Shown: positions 20,741-30,718 of the stretch, in pieces
Layout: every line of letters starts with the position of its first letter
How positions within the stretch are numbered: position 1 is the first letter of the stretch
IMG/VR virus record: IMGVR_UViG_3300021519_000007
Location: 11,998-75,997 of that record
Direction: 5' to 3' (one strand)
From: a virus
DNA length: 64,000 nucleotides
The notes under the pieces: model-generated
Databases searched by the model: none
Told to the model about the DNA's origin: nothing
Seen by the model: the letters and a program-made list of their open reading frames with translations, nothing else
Translations under genes and position numbers: made by a program

Positions 20741-21801
20741 TATACGATACCGTATTCCACTTTGCCGGGCGAAACCTGATGCAGAACATTGTTGGGCGGC
20801 ACCAGTGCCATTTCAAATTCCTGAGTGACAATGAAGCGCTTCTTGTCTCTGCCCCTCTTTCCCCAACCCCTGACCGTTCTTGGGCTTGTCTGCTTGGCCT
20901 GATAGTAATCAAGAATGTTTTTAATCGAATATCCGTCGACTGCAACTTCAACAGCAATCAGTAGATCATTGTCTGCGAATATTGGGGTAAAGTACGAGAA
21001 TGCTTTAGCATGCTCAACTCTAGTCAGAACGCCCCGCTCACCAATCTTGAATAGATCAATTGGCACATCGGGCTGCATCACGAGCGTCAACGTCGGTTCG
21101 GCAAACCCACCATACTTGGGGGCAACGATTGATGTTTCGTCGTAGGTATAATTGCCGTCCCCATCGAGAAACCTTTCTGGATCGTTCTCTACGGATACAA
21201 AACCAATAGAAAAACAAACGGGACAATTGTTTCTAACCTGGCTGTAGGCGTCATCAAAACATGATGGGCACTTTTTAGCGACCCCCTTGTCGACATCATC
21301 AAGAGTATACATATGCCTATGAACCACTGATTGGCCATATCTGCGTAGCATGTCTCCAGTCTGACGCCGCAGTCTCTTGATCTCCTGGGGCGTTGAGGGT
21401 GGCCCAACGTTCTTCATATCCACGATGTGGGCACTACCCTTGGGCAGGGCTTCTATGAAACTGCTGCTACCGGCGGCATATAGAAGAGGCTGGCCAGTAA
21501 CAATGAAATCCTCAACAGCATAGACCTCGGGCGGGTTGCCACCGTCATCCCAGTAAATTGTATAACGACCAGTCGTTAGGGGGGATGTACCGGCCCAGGC
21601 ATATATGCCGCTACCCTCCGGCTTTTCATAGATCCCAATGGATGTGGGCTCAAGGAAGTAATCGCCGGTCGGCGTATCAATTATTGATATGCGAAAGGTG
21701 GGAGACCCCGACTCCCCACCCGTATATATGGAGTCAAACGTTGCCTCAAACGGGCTGTTAGGAGAGGCGTAGAGAATTCCACTGTTATAATAAGAGTCCA
21801 T
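20740..21801 (-). CDS. Head-tail joining protein with CxxC..CxxC zinc finger
   Basis: 'KCPSCFDDAYSQVRNNCPVCFSIGF' motif in a neck-region gene. Confidence 0.6.
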   Translation of the reverse strand: MDSYYNSGILYASPNSPFEATFDSIYTGGESGSPTFRISIIDTPTGDYFLEPTSIGIYEKPEGSGIYAWAGTSPLTTGRYTIYWDDGGNPPEVYAVEDFIVTGQPLLYAAGSSSFIEALPKGSAHIVDMKNVGPPSTPQEIKRLRRQTGDMLRRYGQSVVHRHMYTLDDVDKGVAKKCPSCFDDAYSQVRNNCPVCFSIGFVSVENDPERFLDGDGNYTYDETSIVAPKYGGFAEPTLTLVMQPDVPIDLFKIGERGVLTRVEHAKAFSYFTPIFADNDLLIAVEVAVDGYSIKNILDYYQAKQTSPRTVRGWGKRGRDKKRFIVTQEFEMALVPPNNVLHQVSPGKVEYGIV

Positions 21802-22860
21802 CTACTTATTAAATGCGCGGTAAGCCTCTAAATTCCCTAGTAATCTTTTATCTTCTGGTGCATAAGATACTGCATTTTCTCCGTGCTTTTCCGCCTCTCC
21901 CACCAATCCTAGATTATATGAGGACACAGCAGCCAGATCGTGAGGCAGAGAACCCCACGCTGGTTCCTCACAAAGATACTCCAATGGCTTCTCCGTGATC
22001 TCTAGGGCCCTCTTAGAAGCCGCTAGACAGGCCTCCCAGCGCATCTGGTCATGATAGTACAAAGACAACTCAACCCAGCCTTCGCGCCTCTCAGGGGCCT
22101 CTGCACACGCCCTAAGCAGCCACTGCTCTCTGTTCTGGGTTTCTATCTCTGCGATGTACCGCATCGACCTAGCGCGCTCTGGGGCCCACAGGGCGCGTGG
22201 CAGGCTTAGATGGCGCTTAAATTCTGCCAGCGCTTCGTCACGCCTTTGATAGAAGAAGAGTTCTCTAGCGTAATAAAATGCATTTCTATCATCGTCTGGG
22301 TCCTCTTCGACAGAGAGGGCCAGCAAGGGTAGGTAGGAGGATCGGGACTTTGTGTGGTCGGGGTGATGGTGAATCTCAATCTCCGAGTACCAGTTCTGAG
22401 TTTCATGTCCTGTTGTCGAACCAATTACCTCGTGAACGGGATGCTTCCACCTGTAGTTCTTACGGGCATGAATCTTGTCTCCGCCGTAAGTCAGCCCCTC
22501 AGATCCGTCAGTGTTCCACGACCAGACATACTTGTAGCGGGGGCGTGTAACACCTTCAGCATGAGCCTTCTCAAGCCCCTCGCGCCATCCGGGCAGAAGA
22601 ATCTCGTCGACATCAAGGGCGATACAATAGTCAAAGTCTTCGGGTATTGCATCAAGGGATGCATTGCGAGCAAGATCAAAACGCCAAGGATCAATCTTAA
22701 TCTCAACAACTTCAGCACCGCACTCTTTTGCAAGAGCAACAGTGCTGTCAGTCGAGCCAGTATCGGCAAGCAGGACAAGGTCGGCGTCTTTTGCAGACTC
22801 GGTCCAGCGCTTTATGAACTGCTCTTCGTTCTTGGATATGTTATAGACAGCAACTTTCAT
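21802..22860 (-). CDS. GT2 glycosyltransferase with TPR repeats
   Basis: 'ISKNEE', 'DTGSTDST', 'WRFDLARN', DxD 'LDVDE', 'VHE'; TPR helices 'RNAFYYAREL'. Confidence 0.9.
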   Translation of the reverse strand: MKVAVYNISKNEEQFIKRWTESAKDADLVLLADTGSTDSTVALAKECGAEVVEIKIDPWRFDLARNASLDAIPEDFDYCIALDVDEILLPGWREGLEKAHAEGVTRPRYKYVWSWNTDGSEGLTYGGDKIHARKNYRWKHPVHEVIGSTTGHETQNWYSEIEIHHHPDHTKSRSSYLPLLALSVEEDPDDDRNAFYYARELFFYQRRDEALAEFKRHLSLPRALWAPERARSMRYIAEIETQNREQWLLRACAEAPERREGWVELSLYYHDQMRWEACLAASKRALEITEKPLEYLCEEPAWGSLPHDLAAVSSYNLGLVGEAEKHGENAVSYAPEDKRLLGNLEAYRAFNK

Positions 22861-22877
22861 GCTGCTATTATATCAAA

Positions 22878-24296
22878 CTATGCCGTGATTGCAGTGTATG
22901 TGTACTTGATGAGTAGCGGGGAACCAACCGAGGCGGACGATGATGTGACGCTGAGGTCAACAGTACCCACGCCCATGTCGGCATCAATGGTGGCATCAAT
23001 CGTGCTACCGACCTGAATGCGACCGTACTCTGTGATGTAAGCATTTGTTCCGTCTTGAATAATAAGAACCTCAGTAACCATGTAATCACTACCCTGCTGA
23101 AGGGTGATCATAAACTTGGCGGCACGAAGACCGTCGTCAAACGAACCAAACACCGTGGGCGATGTTGCTGTGACGCTGGCAGCACCGTCTGTTGATTCAA
23201 TGACGGTGTCGGTTAGCGTTACTGCTGTATCAGATAGGCGCTCTACGGCATTAATACTATAGGTAAGACCGCTGGTTAGGTCGATACCCGAATTGAACTG
23301 CCAGTATTGGCGGGGAGACTCGTTCTGCCAGAGGATTGAGTGGTCGGTGTCACCCTTGAGGACAATACCACCGCCATCAGCGGTTACATCAGACGCCGTC
23401 GCTGGCGCGACTGGAGTACCAAGTTCAATATTGATGTCGTTAACTGTAAGAGTTGTGGACTCAATAGTGGTTGTGGTGCCATGAACGGTAAGGTCACCAC
23501 CAACAACAAGATTTTGATTGACTGTCGTTGTGCTCGTGCCCGTTGTGGAACCAATTGAGATGTTGGTCGTTGAACCGGCGATACCATTTGTACCGATTTC
23601 AACTGTCTTAGTTTCGGTATCGTCGGTTGCACCCGTGGCCAGATAGTAACTAGACGTGCCGGTTGATGCTGTCGCGATGTTTAGGTTCTGAGCCGCCGTA
23701 GCGTTGGCAATTGTTAGATTGGTTGAGGAAACAAAAGCCTCAAACGTTGCGTCACCATCAATAGAAACTTGGAACGTAGGCTCATAATTGAAGACAAGTT
23801 CGCCAGAAGAACCGGAGAAACCAGTTTCGTCGGAGATATTGCCAGCCAGTTCGGCAGATGTTGTTGCAGCAAAATCGCTTAGTTTGTTTGAAGTGGTAGC
23901 GAGTGTGCCAGTTGTCGGGAACGTGACCGTGGTGTCGCCAGTAAGAGTGAACGTCGCATCGAATGCGCCAGACAGTTCAAGTGCTCCGCCAAGGGTAATG
24001 GTGCTGGTTACCAGATTAGAAACGCCAGTACCACCATAATCGGCAGCAATGACATCGCCCTCCCATGCTCCAGTAAGCGTAGAATCGGTGTAAGCGATTG
24101 TCTTCGTGCCGGTGACCGCCCCAAGATAGATCTTGAGGTCGTCGTTATTGCGCCAGAGGTGACCCTCGGATGGAGCAGATGCGTCAGAAGACGAAGGGAA
24201 GGAAATAGACCCTGCGACACCAGCGGCGGCAAGTGTGGTTAGGCCACCAACTTGCAGGCCATTTTTTACAACGAAATCTTTATTGACGGTCGCCAT
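22878..24296 (-). CDS. Fibre/collar-like structural protein
   Basis: T/S/G-rich, with 'VGGDLTVHGTTTTIESTTLTVND' and 'TADGGGIVL' fibre motifs; C-terminal 'AYITEYG' domain. Confidence 0.7.
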   Translation of the reverse strand: MATVNKDFVVKNGLQVGGLTTLAAAGVAGSISFPSSSDASAPSEGHLWRNNDDLKIYLGAVTGTKTIAYTDSTLTGAWEGDVIAADYGGTGVSNLVTSTITLGGALELSGAFDATFTLTGDTTVTFPTTGTLATTSNKLSDFAATTSAELAGNISDETGFSGSSGELVFNYEPTFQVSIDGDATFEAFVSSTNLTIANATAAQNLNIATASTGTSSYYLATGATDDTETKTVEIGTNGIAGSTTNISIGSTTGTSTTTVNQNLVVGGDLTVHGTTTTIESTTLTVNDINIELGTPVAPATASDVTADGGGIVLKGDTDHSILWQNESPRQYWQFNSGIDLTSGLTYSINAVERLSDTAVTLTDTVIESTDGAASVTATSPTVFGSFDDGLRAAKFMITLQQGSDYMVTEVLIIQDGTNAYITEYGRIQVGSTIDATIDADMGVGTVDLSVTSSSASVGSPLLIKYTYTAITA

Positions 24297-24303
24297 TGTT
24301 CTC

Positions 24304-24711
24304 CTAGAACTTGGTTCTTATTATTTTTATTTCTACCGGGTCTAACGATGAGGCGGTTAAACATTGTGCATACAGCACAATATCCGTTCCTACAATATCT
24401 GCGTAGAACATAACATCTAGTTCTCCAATACTTAAGGATGCGTACTCCACCCAATCTAAGTCTGTACCGTTATGAATTATCTTGAAGTCTGATGCTGTTC
24501 TATCTGTTCCCCGGCTACATCTAATTACATAATTAGCCATCCCGTATAGCGTTCCATCTAGAATGTTTATTGCGTAGTTGACAGAAGACGTCAGATTGAC
24601 CGTGAAGTTGTCTAGTCCACTGGGACCGGTCGGTCCGGTTACCAAAGGGCCTACCTCGCCCTGCGGTCCGGTCGGCCCCGTTGGTCCGTATTTTCTTTGG
24701 ACGGCAGTCAT
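24304..24711 (-). CDS. Small collagen-like structural protein
   Basis: GPTGPTGPQG repeats; C-terminal 'IIHNGT..WVEYA' domain similar to that of the adjacent 472-aa protein. Confidence 0.65.
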   Translation of the reverse strand: MTAVQRKYGPTGPTGPQGEVGPLVTGPTGPSGLDNFTVNLTSSVNYAINILDGTLYGMANYVIRCSRGTDRTASDFKIIHNGTDLDWVEYASLSIGELDVMFYADIVGTDIVLYAQCLTASSLDPVEIKIIRTKF

Positions 24712-24723
24712 TCAACGACCACC

Positions 24724-25569
24724 TTAGTTGTAACCGCGACCCATGTAACGGGCGCGCATGGGCGCAGGAACAAGACGACCAGCCTTTGAGGAGACAAGAA
24801 GTTTGCTCTTGCCAAGACCGAAGTACTGGCGCTTCCATAGCGTTAAGACGCGACGGTATTGCTTGTCCTCAACTTCCAGAACCTTAAGCCAAGTTTCCTG
24901 ATATCTTCTTCTATCTAGATAACCGACAGGAGAATTGTCAACATCCGGCTGCTCGGAGTACGATCTCACAAGATGTCTGATTGTGGAAATCAAAATTCCA
25001 TGAGACAATAGGGCGCCGCCGTTATGATCAAGTGGGAAACTGCTATCTGTGAATGCGGTAATCGGCTGCTGGACATTGATATCAAGCAAGACTTCTGGGA
25101 CAAGGGATCTCATCTTCGACTTGTCAAAGCGAGCCATTGTCATGTCTCTCAGCCATGGGCCACCAATCTCAGAATCAAAACAATCCTCAAGTTTTCTCCA
25201 GGCCATATCAACCCACGGATCAATGGGGCTGGCACCAGTGGACTCAAATGGATCAATAGCGTCAAAGTCAACGATGATTGTTCGTCTCTCGCCGTTACTC
25301 AGAACGAACTGGGCAGTTGCGAGATATTCTCCGGGCTCTGTTATCTGCGAAGAGTCAACTAGATACTGCGCATGGCCGTCGGCGACAACAGTCCCAGGAT
25401 CGTTTGTAATAGCGGGGACGGTCTCAGATGGCTTCTTGATAGTGAAGAGGACTTGCCTAATGGCAGTCAGGGGAATTAGTGTCTCATCATCTGCTTCATA
25501 TATATATGCTTCAAGAAGTGCGGTATCATTTATGAATACACGCTTTTGTCGCTCGTAGCCAAATGACAT
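24724..25569 (-). CDS. Head-tail adaptor/neck protein
   Basis: 281 aa; Ig/BppU-like N-terminus plus helical connector-like C-terminus; downstream of the capsid gene. Confidence 0.6.
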   Translation of the reverse strand: MSFGYERQKRVFINDTALLEAYIYEADDETLIPLTAIRQVLFTIKKPSETVPAITNDPGTVVADGHAQYLVDSSQITEPGEYLATAQFVLSNGERRTIIVDFDAIDPFESTGASPIDPWVDMAWRKLEDCFDSEIGGPWLRDMTMARFDKSKMRSLVPEVLLDINVQQPITAFTDSSFPLDHNGGALLSHGILISTIRHLVRSYSEQPDVDNSPVGYLDRRRYQETWLKVLEVEDKQYRRVLTLWKRQYFGLGKSKLLVSSKAGRLVPAPMRARYMGRGYN

Positions 25570-25582
25570 CTCATATATTAAT

Positions 25583-25614
25583 AGAAAGGGACCGCCTCAA
25601 AAAGAGGCGGCCCC
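25583..25614 (-). terminator. Rho-independent terminator
   Basis: GGGGCCGCCTC-TTTTT-GAGGCGGTCCC followed by TTTCT. Confidence 0.65.
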
Positions 25615-25627
25615 CAACTATTATTGC

Positions 25628-26116
25628 TTACCTTTTTTCTACGCCGCCAAAAACGGGGAGATCAGGTGATACAGCAGGGGCCGCGGGCTCTCCGGTGCGG
25701 TCTGCAGGAACTGGATTTTCCACGGTGCCAACGGCATTCGAACGCATGGGGTTCGTGTCGCCAGTGCGGATGTCATTCCAGGTAGATCTTTTCTCAGCAT
25801 TGACAAGCCCAACAGTTTTGGACTGGTCAGACATGCGCTCTAGTTTGAATGCCAAGTCGGTCTCCATGGCCGTCTTTGCGGCACGCTCACCGTACTGGAT
25901 CTTCTTAGCCTCAGCAGACGAGATGATCTCAAACGATAGGCCTATGTTGCGGCCAAATGCTGGATGATCTGTGATATCAGCGGGTACTTCAACCCAATCA
26001 CCGCTCTGTCCACGACGCTGGAGGGTGATGTGATACGGATCTTTGCTTGAACCAAAGCGCAGGTTCACGGGTACTGCATGAAGATTTCTAATAATCTTTT
26101 TTGTCTTGGTCGCCAT
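25628..26116 (-). CDS. Hypothetical virion-associated protein
   Basis: 162 aa, SD AGGAG; lies after the capsid gene. Confidence 0.7.
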   Translation of the reverse strand: MATKTKKIIRNLHAVPVNLRFGSSKDPYHITLQRRGQSGDWVEVPADITDHPAFGRNIGLSFEIISSAEAKKIQYGERAAKTAMETDLAFKLERMSDQSKTVGLVNAEKRSTWNDIRTGDTNPMRSNAVGTVENPVPADRTGEPAAPAVSPDLPVFGGVEKR

Positions 26117-26186
26117 GATGTTCTCCTAATGTGACTGCCCCTAGAGTATTCTAGGGAGCATGGCTATTTTATTTTAGCAGATATTA

Positions 26187-26459
26187 CTATCTTCTAAATT
26201 CTTTATAGAGCATGTTGTTTAACTTTTGCAGTTCTGCACCGCTAAGTGTTTCAATTTTTTGCTGGATCTGGAGCATAAATTTACGCTTCATTGAAGCGTC
26301 TTGGGATTCCGGACTTTTATTATACGGACTATCGCCGTACCAGCCGCCTTCTCCCGGTGCCCACTCTCTGGGCCAGTCAGGATTTTTCAAGAGGGGGTGC
26401 TCTGCGGACTCTTTGTATTCAGACCATCGTTCATTTGCTGTTTCAAATTTGAATGGCAT
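26187..26459 (-). CDS. Hypothetical protein
   Basis: Start moved to MPFKFETA, downstream of the capsid terminator. Confidence 0.55.
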   Translation of the reverse strand: MPFKFETANERWSEYKESAEHPLLKNPDWPREWAPGEGGWYGDSPYNKSPESQDASMKRKFMLQIQQKIETLSGAELQKLNNMLYKEFRR

Positions 26460-26486
26460 TATAACTATTAAGTTGAGTTGTCGACC

Positions 26487-26520
26487 AAAAGAAAAGGGCC
26501 GAGGCATAAGCCCCGACCCT
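26487..26520 (-). terminator. Rho-independent terminator after major capsid gene
   Basis: AGGGTCGGGGC-TTAT-GCCTCGGCCCT followed by TTTCTTTT. Confidence 0.8.
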
Positions 26521-26546
26521 GTTCTCCGAACTCTGACTCGTAAAGA

Positions 26547-27602
26547 TTACGAGTAAAGACCGCGCTCTGCGATGTTGGTGATGACACCCGAGTTCTGATG
26601 CGCATCCGACTTGAGGATACGAGCAAGACCACGAGCGTTAAGCACGAGCATGCCCACGAGTTCGTCCATGACGAAGCCCTTGTAGAACTGCTCGACCTGA
26701 TGGTTCTCTTCCACGTCAAGAGAGTACATGACGGGGAAGACGCCGACATAATTCGGCTCAGCAGCAAGGAAGATCTCGCCCTGAGGAACAATGACTGACT
26801 TCATGAGTTGGAACTCACCGAACTGGGTGATGGATTCGCCGTTGACGACCTTGTCCTTGAAGGCCCAACCCGTCATGTTGACGTCCCATGTGTAGAGGTC
26901 ACGCATGTCCTGCGGATGCATGAGCATACGCTTAGCCTCTAGTTGTTCAATCTCGACCATCGAAACGGCAGAGTAGAAGTCCACTGGCTCAAGAGGAGAA
27001 CCAGCACCGACAAGAACGGTCTTCTCTCTCTCGTAGCCGCCTGGACCCTGCGAGATGCCTGTCTGGACACCACCGACGGGGTTGAGGCCAGCCGTACCGT
27101 AATCGGTAATGGCGGATTCTAGGAGCAGGATTAGACGATAATCTTCCTGCTTCTGGATGGCCTGACGCGATTCGTCCTGAGCGTACTCAATGGCGTTAAC
27201 GCGTAGGTAGTAAAGATCTTCCTTACGCACACGCGGGAATGCCGCGATGCGGAAGAGGTTCGGGAAGGCTTGCTTGCCTTCAAAAACCTGAACCTTGACT
27301 TCGGCGTCTGTCTGGTTAAGGACATACGCCATGCCGAGATCGTCAAGGATGTCGTAAGGCATGAGGGGACCGCGTTCGAGAGTATCTTCGACGAGGACAT
27401 TGCGGACAATGCCTTCGTAGCGAAGACGGATCTGGATTGGGCCGATCATACCTTGACCGATGCGTTGCATCGCGTTGGTCTTGTCAGCGAGAATCTGAGC
27501 GAGACGTTCCTTCTTCTGCGAAGATGTCAACTTCGGAAGGTTCGCCAACTTCTGCTCGTATTCAGCACTGGAGACCGCTTTTCTGGCTGTTACTAGGCTC
27601 AT
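26547..27602 (-). CDS. Major capsid protein (HK97 fold, Bxz1-like)
   Basis: 351 aa after scaffold and decoration genes, followed by a strong terminator. Motifs 'IGPIQIRLRYEGIVR', 'AQDESRQAIQKQED', 'DELVGMLVLNARG'. Confidence 0.9.
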   Translation of the reverse strand: MSLVTARKAVSSAEYEQKLANLPKLTSSQKKERLAQILADKTNAMQRIGQGMIGPIQIRLRYEGIVRNVLVEDTLERGPLMPYDILDDLGMAYVLNQTDAEVKVQVFEGKQAFPNLFRIAAFPRVRKEDLYYLRVNAIEYAQDESRQAIQKQEDYRLILLLESAITDYGTAGLNPVGGVQTGISQGPGGYEREKTVLVGAGSPLEPVDFYSAVSMVEIEQLEAKRMLMHPQDMRDLYTWDVNMTGWAFKDKVVNGESITQFGEFQLMKSVIVPQGEIFLAAEPNYVGVFPVMYSLDVEENHQVEQFYKGFVMDELVGMLVLNARGLARILKSDAHQNSGVITNIAERGLYS

Positions 27603-27627
27603 AGTTAATTATATTCCTGTTCTTATA

Positions 27628-28227
27628 TTAGACGAGAAGTTCGATGATGATGGCTTTGTCTGAAAGGCGCTTGACTAGACGTGCTGTCGAGTTGTGCCAA
27701 TCTATGCCGGGACGAGCACTGTTGTCCCAGTAAAGGCGACCAGACTCTTCGTTACCGGTCATGTAGATCTCGTTCGACGCTGTGCCGTCTTCGTCTGCGG
27801 CTTCAGCGGAAAGACCGCTGTCGTCGAACACTGGGGCGAGGACTTCGTAGACCGAGCCAACACCGCGCCAGACACCGACTTCGGAACCGCCGGGGCGGGT
27901 ACCGTCTGTGCCGATTTCATTTAGTTCGCCACCAACGAAGTTGGCAAAAAGACCGAATGCACGACGAGCGCCTTCTTGTGTGCCGTCGTCGTCGTTGTAC
28001 TGTGCTGCGCACTGCGGGCGAACTGTCTCGCCAACGGTCTTTAGAGCAACCATACCGGGCCAAATTGCAGCCTTGCCAGCGTGATCAGAATCGTCAAACG
28101 GGTTGGTCTGTGTGCGGTCGAACGAGGGATCAAGCGCAACCGCGTAGGGGTAACCCTGTGTCTGAGCGTAAAGAGCGCGCAGAGTGCGACGGCGATTGAC
28201 GTTTGCAAGATTTTGTAGTCTTAGCAT
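27628..28227 (-). CDS. Capsid decoration/cement protein
   Basis: 199 aa between scaffold and MCP; 'IWPGMVA', 'FGLFANF'. Confidence 0.65.
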   Translation of the reverse strand: MLRLQNLANVNRRRTLRALYAQTQGYPYAVALDPSFDRTQTNPFDDSDHAGKAAIWPGMVALKTVGETVRPQCAAQYNDDDGTQEGARRAFGLFANFVGGELNEIGTDGTRPGGSEVGVWRGVGSVYEVLAPVFDDSGLSAEAADEDGTASNEIYMTGNEESGRLYWDNSARPGIDWHNSTARLVKRLSDKAIIIELLV

Positions 28228-28261
28228 GTTGGAATTATCTCCTGTTTTCTTTTATTTAAAC

Positions 28262-30718
28262 TTACATGAATAGGGATGAGTCATCGGTTTCTTCCGATGA
28301 AACAACCGTTGAAGAATGTGTCTGGAAGTTGGCTGTCTTTAGTGAAGGAACACGACCGGCAACCTTTTTAGAGGCCGTACGGACCGAACTCTTCTTCACA
28401 CGGACTAGCGTCTCTTCGCGAGCATCTAGTTCCTGAGACGACTCCTTCTCTAGGGAAGCAGCCCGCTCGAACTTGTCACCCTCTTCGATGAGGCCAAGTT
28501 GAATCTCGGTCTCAGCGATCTTGAGCGAACGGAAGATGTGTGAACGAACATCATCTTCACTTGAGAAGGCGGTGCCAATGGGACCACCAAGGCTGTTAGC
28601 GTTCTCACTTGTGATTGGGTCACCGACATGGAAGTCGTCTGAACCAAACGTTTTGGTGTGATCACCAACCTCTTCGAGAAGCGGTGCGTCAACGGAGACA
28701 CGATCCTGGGCTTCAGCACCAGGAGCAGTGACACCGCTTGCGGCGGCCTCCTTACGGGCCTTCTTGACGGCCTTAGTGTCGAAGAGCATCTCTTCTACAA
28801 CATCAAGAACGAGATCAGTACCAGCGGCATCGAGCATGGCCAGGACCTGGTTGCGCTTAATGCCAAGGACACCGGCCATCTTCTTAGATGCCTTTTCCTT
28901 CTTGTCCTTCTTTTCTTCCTTCTCGTCGTCCTTATCGTCGCACTTGCAGGGCTTCTTACCGCATTCCTTGCAGGTGTCGTCGTCTTCGTCGCTGGCGGCC
29001 GACTTCTTCTTCTCGTCCTTCTCTTCTTTCTCTTCTTTTTCCTCAGACTCTTCGGACTTCTTGTTTTCGCCCTCTTCGTCTTCTTCCTTCATTTTCTTAT
29101 CCTCCATCTTTTTCTTAATGAAATCAGGCATTTCGCCAGACTCATGTACGGAGGCAGCAACACCAATTGGGCCCTGACCAGCAGAGCCTACTTCGGAAGT
29201 AACTGGATCCTCCTGACCTTCGTCAGGGAATGTCATTGTGGCGGGGGCAGGACCAGCGTCAACAGCCATCTCGGGATCTTGATGCTCGGTATGCCCATCG
29301 CTCCATACGGGCTCAGCAGCAGTCTTAGAGGACAGGTAGTCTTCTAGATTACTGAGGGCCTGACTGAGTTTGTCTTGTTCGCTCATATTTTGGATTTCCT
29401 TCGTATTCGATTCGACAGGTTTCTGTGGATTCTTCAGTGTTTTAGGGTTTACAACCTTATCGTTTGTAATACGATTGGGAGGTAGAGTTGGTTTTTCAAC
29501 TCTTGTTAGCAGACCGGCGTCTTTAACAATTTCCCACTCGCTATTTACAACTTTTGTATTAGTATCTTTTACAGTAGCAAAAGTACCAATACCCGCACCG
29601 CCCCCACCAAATCCACCACCTGGATTGTCAAAGGCACTACCTGCGGACGGCCCGCCCTTAATAGCCGGGCTTGGAAGACCGGACGGGGAATTTGGAACCA
29701 TTTCGCCAGAGTTTGGACCGGGAACCATATCCGGGTTTGGACTAAGTTCAGAAAGATTCTGACGAGCCTGATCTATATCTGGATCCGAGAGGCTTTGTGG
29801 CGGTTGATTCTCATCAAGATTTACATCGGCCGGTTGGTCGTAACCGCAGACCTCACACTGGCCGCTTGCCATATCGTTACCGCACTGAGGGCAGGGCTTC
29901 TCTTGGCGAAGCGTATCAACCTCATCGGGGACCTTCACTAGATCCGACTGTGGCGTCGTATCCTTTTTGGTTTCGGCGGGATGATGCTCATGGATGAGAG
30001 CGGTTTTCGCTTTTGAGATCTTGTCAAGCACTAAAGCGGTGCTGTCGGCAGGATCAAACACGTAGGAGATCTCAAAGAAGTGAACGTCGTAGCAGTCCTC
30101 GTAAGACTTACGACTGCTCCTGCTTCCCGTGCTGGACTCAAAAAAATCAAACGAAGCACCCTTGCTCTTAATATGGTCGCAATACTCTTGGACGCTTGTG
30201 GCCCAGTTGCTACAGATGTTGCACTGGGTGCGCTCGACGTTAGCGCCCATTGACACTGAGTCAATGTCACCAGAGATGATTGCCTGAGCCAGTTTGGGGA
30301 ACTGACGAGCATCCGTCTCTAGCAGTAGTTCAATCCATGTTGGTGGCTTGTGGTTGTCGGGAGCGGTAGCATAGTAGGGATCGAGCGCTGATGCCTTCTG
30401 TAAATCGTCATCAATATGAAGGCGGGCATCAACAACAACGCCACGAGCGCGGGTCGGGTCGCTGTTATTGTGGTCAACAAAGATAGGCTTGCCAATAAAT
30501 GTGTTATATGCTTTTGCCAGTTCTTCTGAGGGCCATCCATCATTGTTTTTATTTACACGGCTAGAGATGGCCCGCACCTTGGTGTAGATGTAGCCGTCCT
30601 CTAGGCGGTAGTTGGTCTTGTCGCCGATAGAAGCAAACTTCTCAAGGCTGGCATTCTCAGTTCGGCTGGCGCTGGTTCTAAAGTCTAGAATTTCTGCTTT
30701 GGCAAATTTAGTAATCAT
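28262..30718 (-). CDS. Prohead maturation protease/scaffold polyprotein
   Basis: N-terminal protease-like domain ('NKNNDGW', 'FVDHNN', 'SVSMG', CxxC..C-x-H, 'FFEISYVFDPAD') plus E/K-rich scaffold. Start placed at the TAATG overlap. Confidence 0.8.
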   Translation of the reverse strand: MITKFAKAEILDFRTSASRTENASLEKFASIGDKTNYRLEDGYIYTKVRAISSRVNKNNDGWPSEELAKAYNTFIGKPIFVDHNNSDPTRARGVVVDARLHIDDDLQKASALDPYYATAPDNHKPPTWIELLLETDARQFPKLAQAIISGDIDSVSMGANVERTQCNICSNWATSVQEYCDHIKSKGASFDFFESSTGSRSSRKSYEDCYDVHFFEISYVFDPADSTALVLDKISKAKTALIHEHHPAETKKDTTPQSDLVKVPDEVDTLRQEKPCPQCGNDMASGQCEVCGYDQPADVNLDENQPPQSLSDPDIDQARQNLSELSPNPDMVPGPNSGEMVPNSPSGLPSPAIKGGPSAGSAFDNPGGGFGGGGAGIGTFATVKDTNTKVVNSEWEIVKDAGLLTRVEKPTLPPNRITNDKVVNPKTLKNPQKPVESNTKEIQNMSEQDKLSQALSNLEDYLSSKTAAEPVWSDGHTEHQDPEMAVDAGPAPATMTFPDEGQEDPVTSEVGSAGQGPIGVAASVHESGEMPDFIKKKMEDKKMKEEDEEGENKKSEESEEKEEKEEKDEKKKSAASDEDDDTCKECGKKPCKCDDKDDEKEEKKDKKEKASKKMAGVLGIKRNQVLAMLDAAGTDLVLDVVEEMLFDTKAVKKARKEAAASGVTAPGAEAQDRVSVDAPLLEEVGDHTKTFGSDDFHVGDPITSENANSLGGPIGTAFSSEDDVRSHIFRSLKIAETEIQLGLIEEGDKFERAASLEKESSQELDAREETLVRVKKSSVRTASKKVAGRVPSLKTANFQTHSSTVVSSEETDDSSLFM

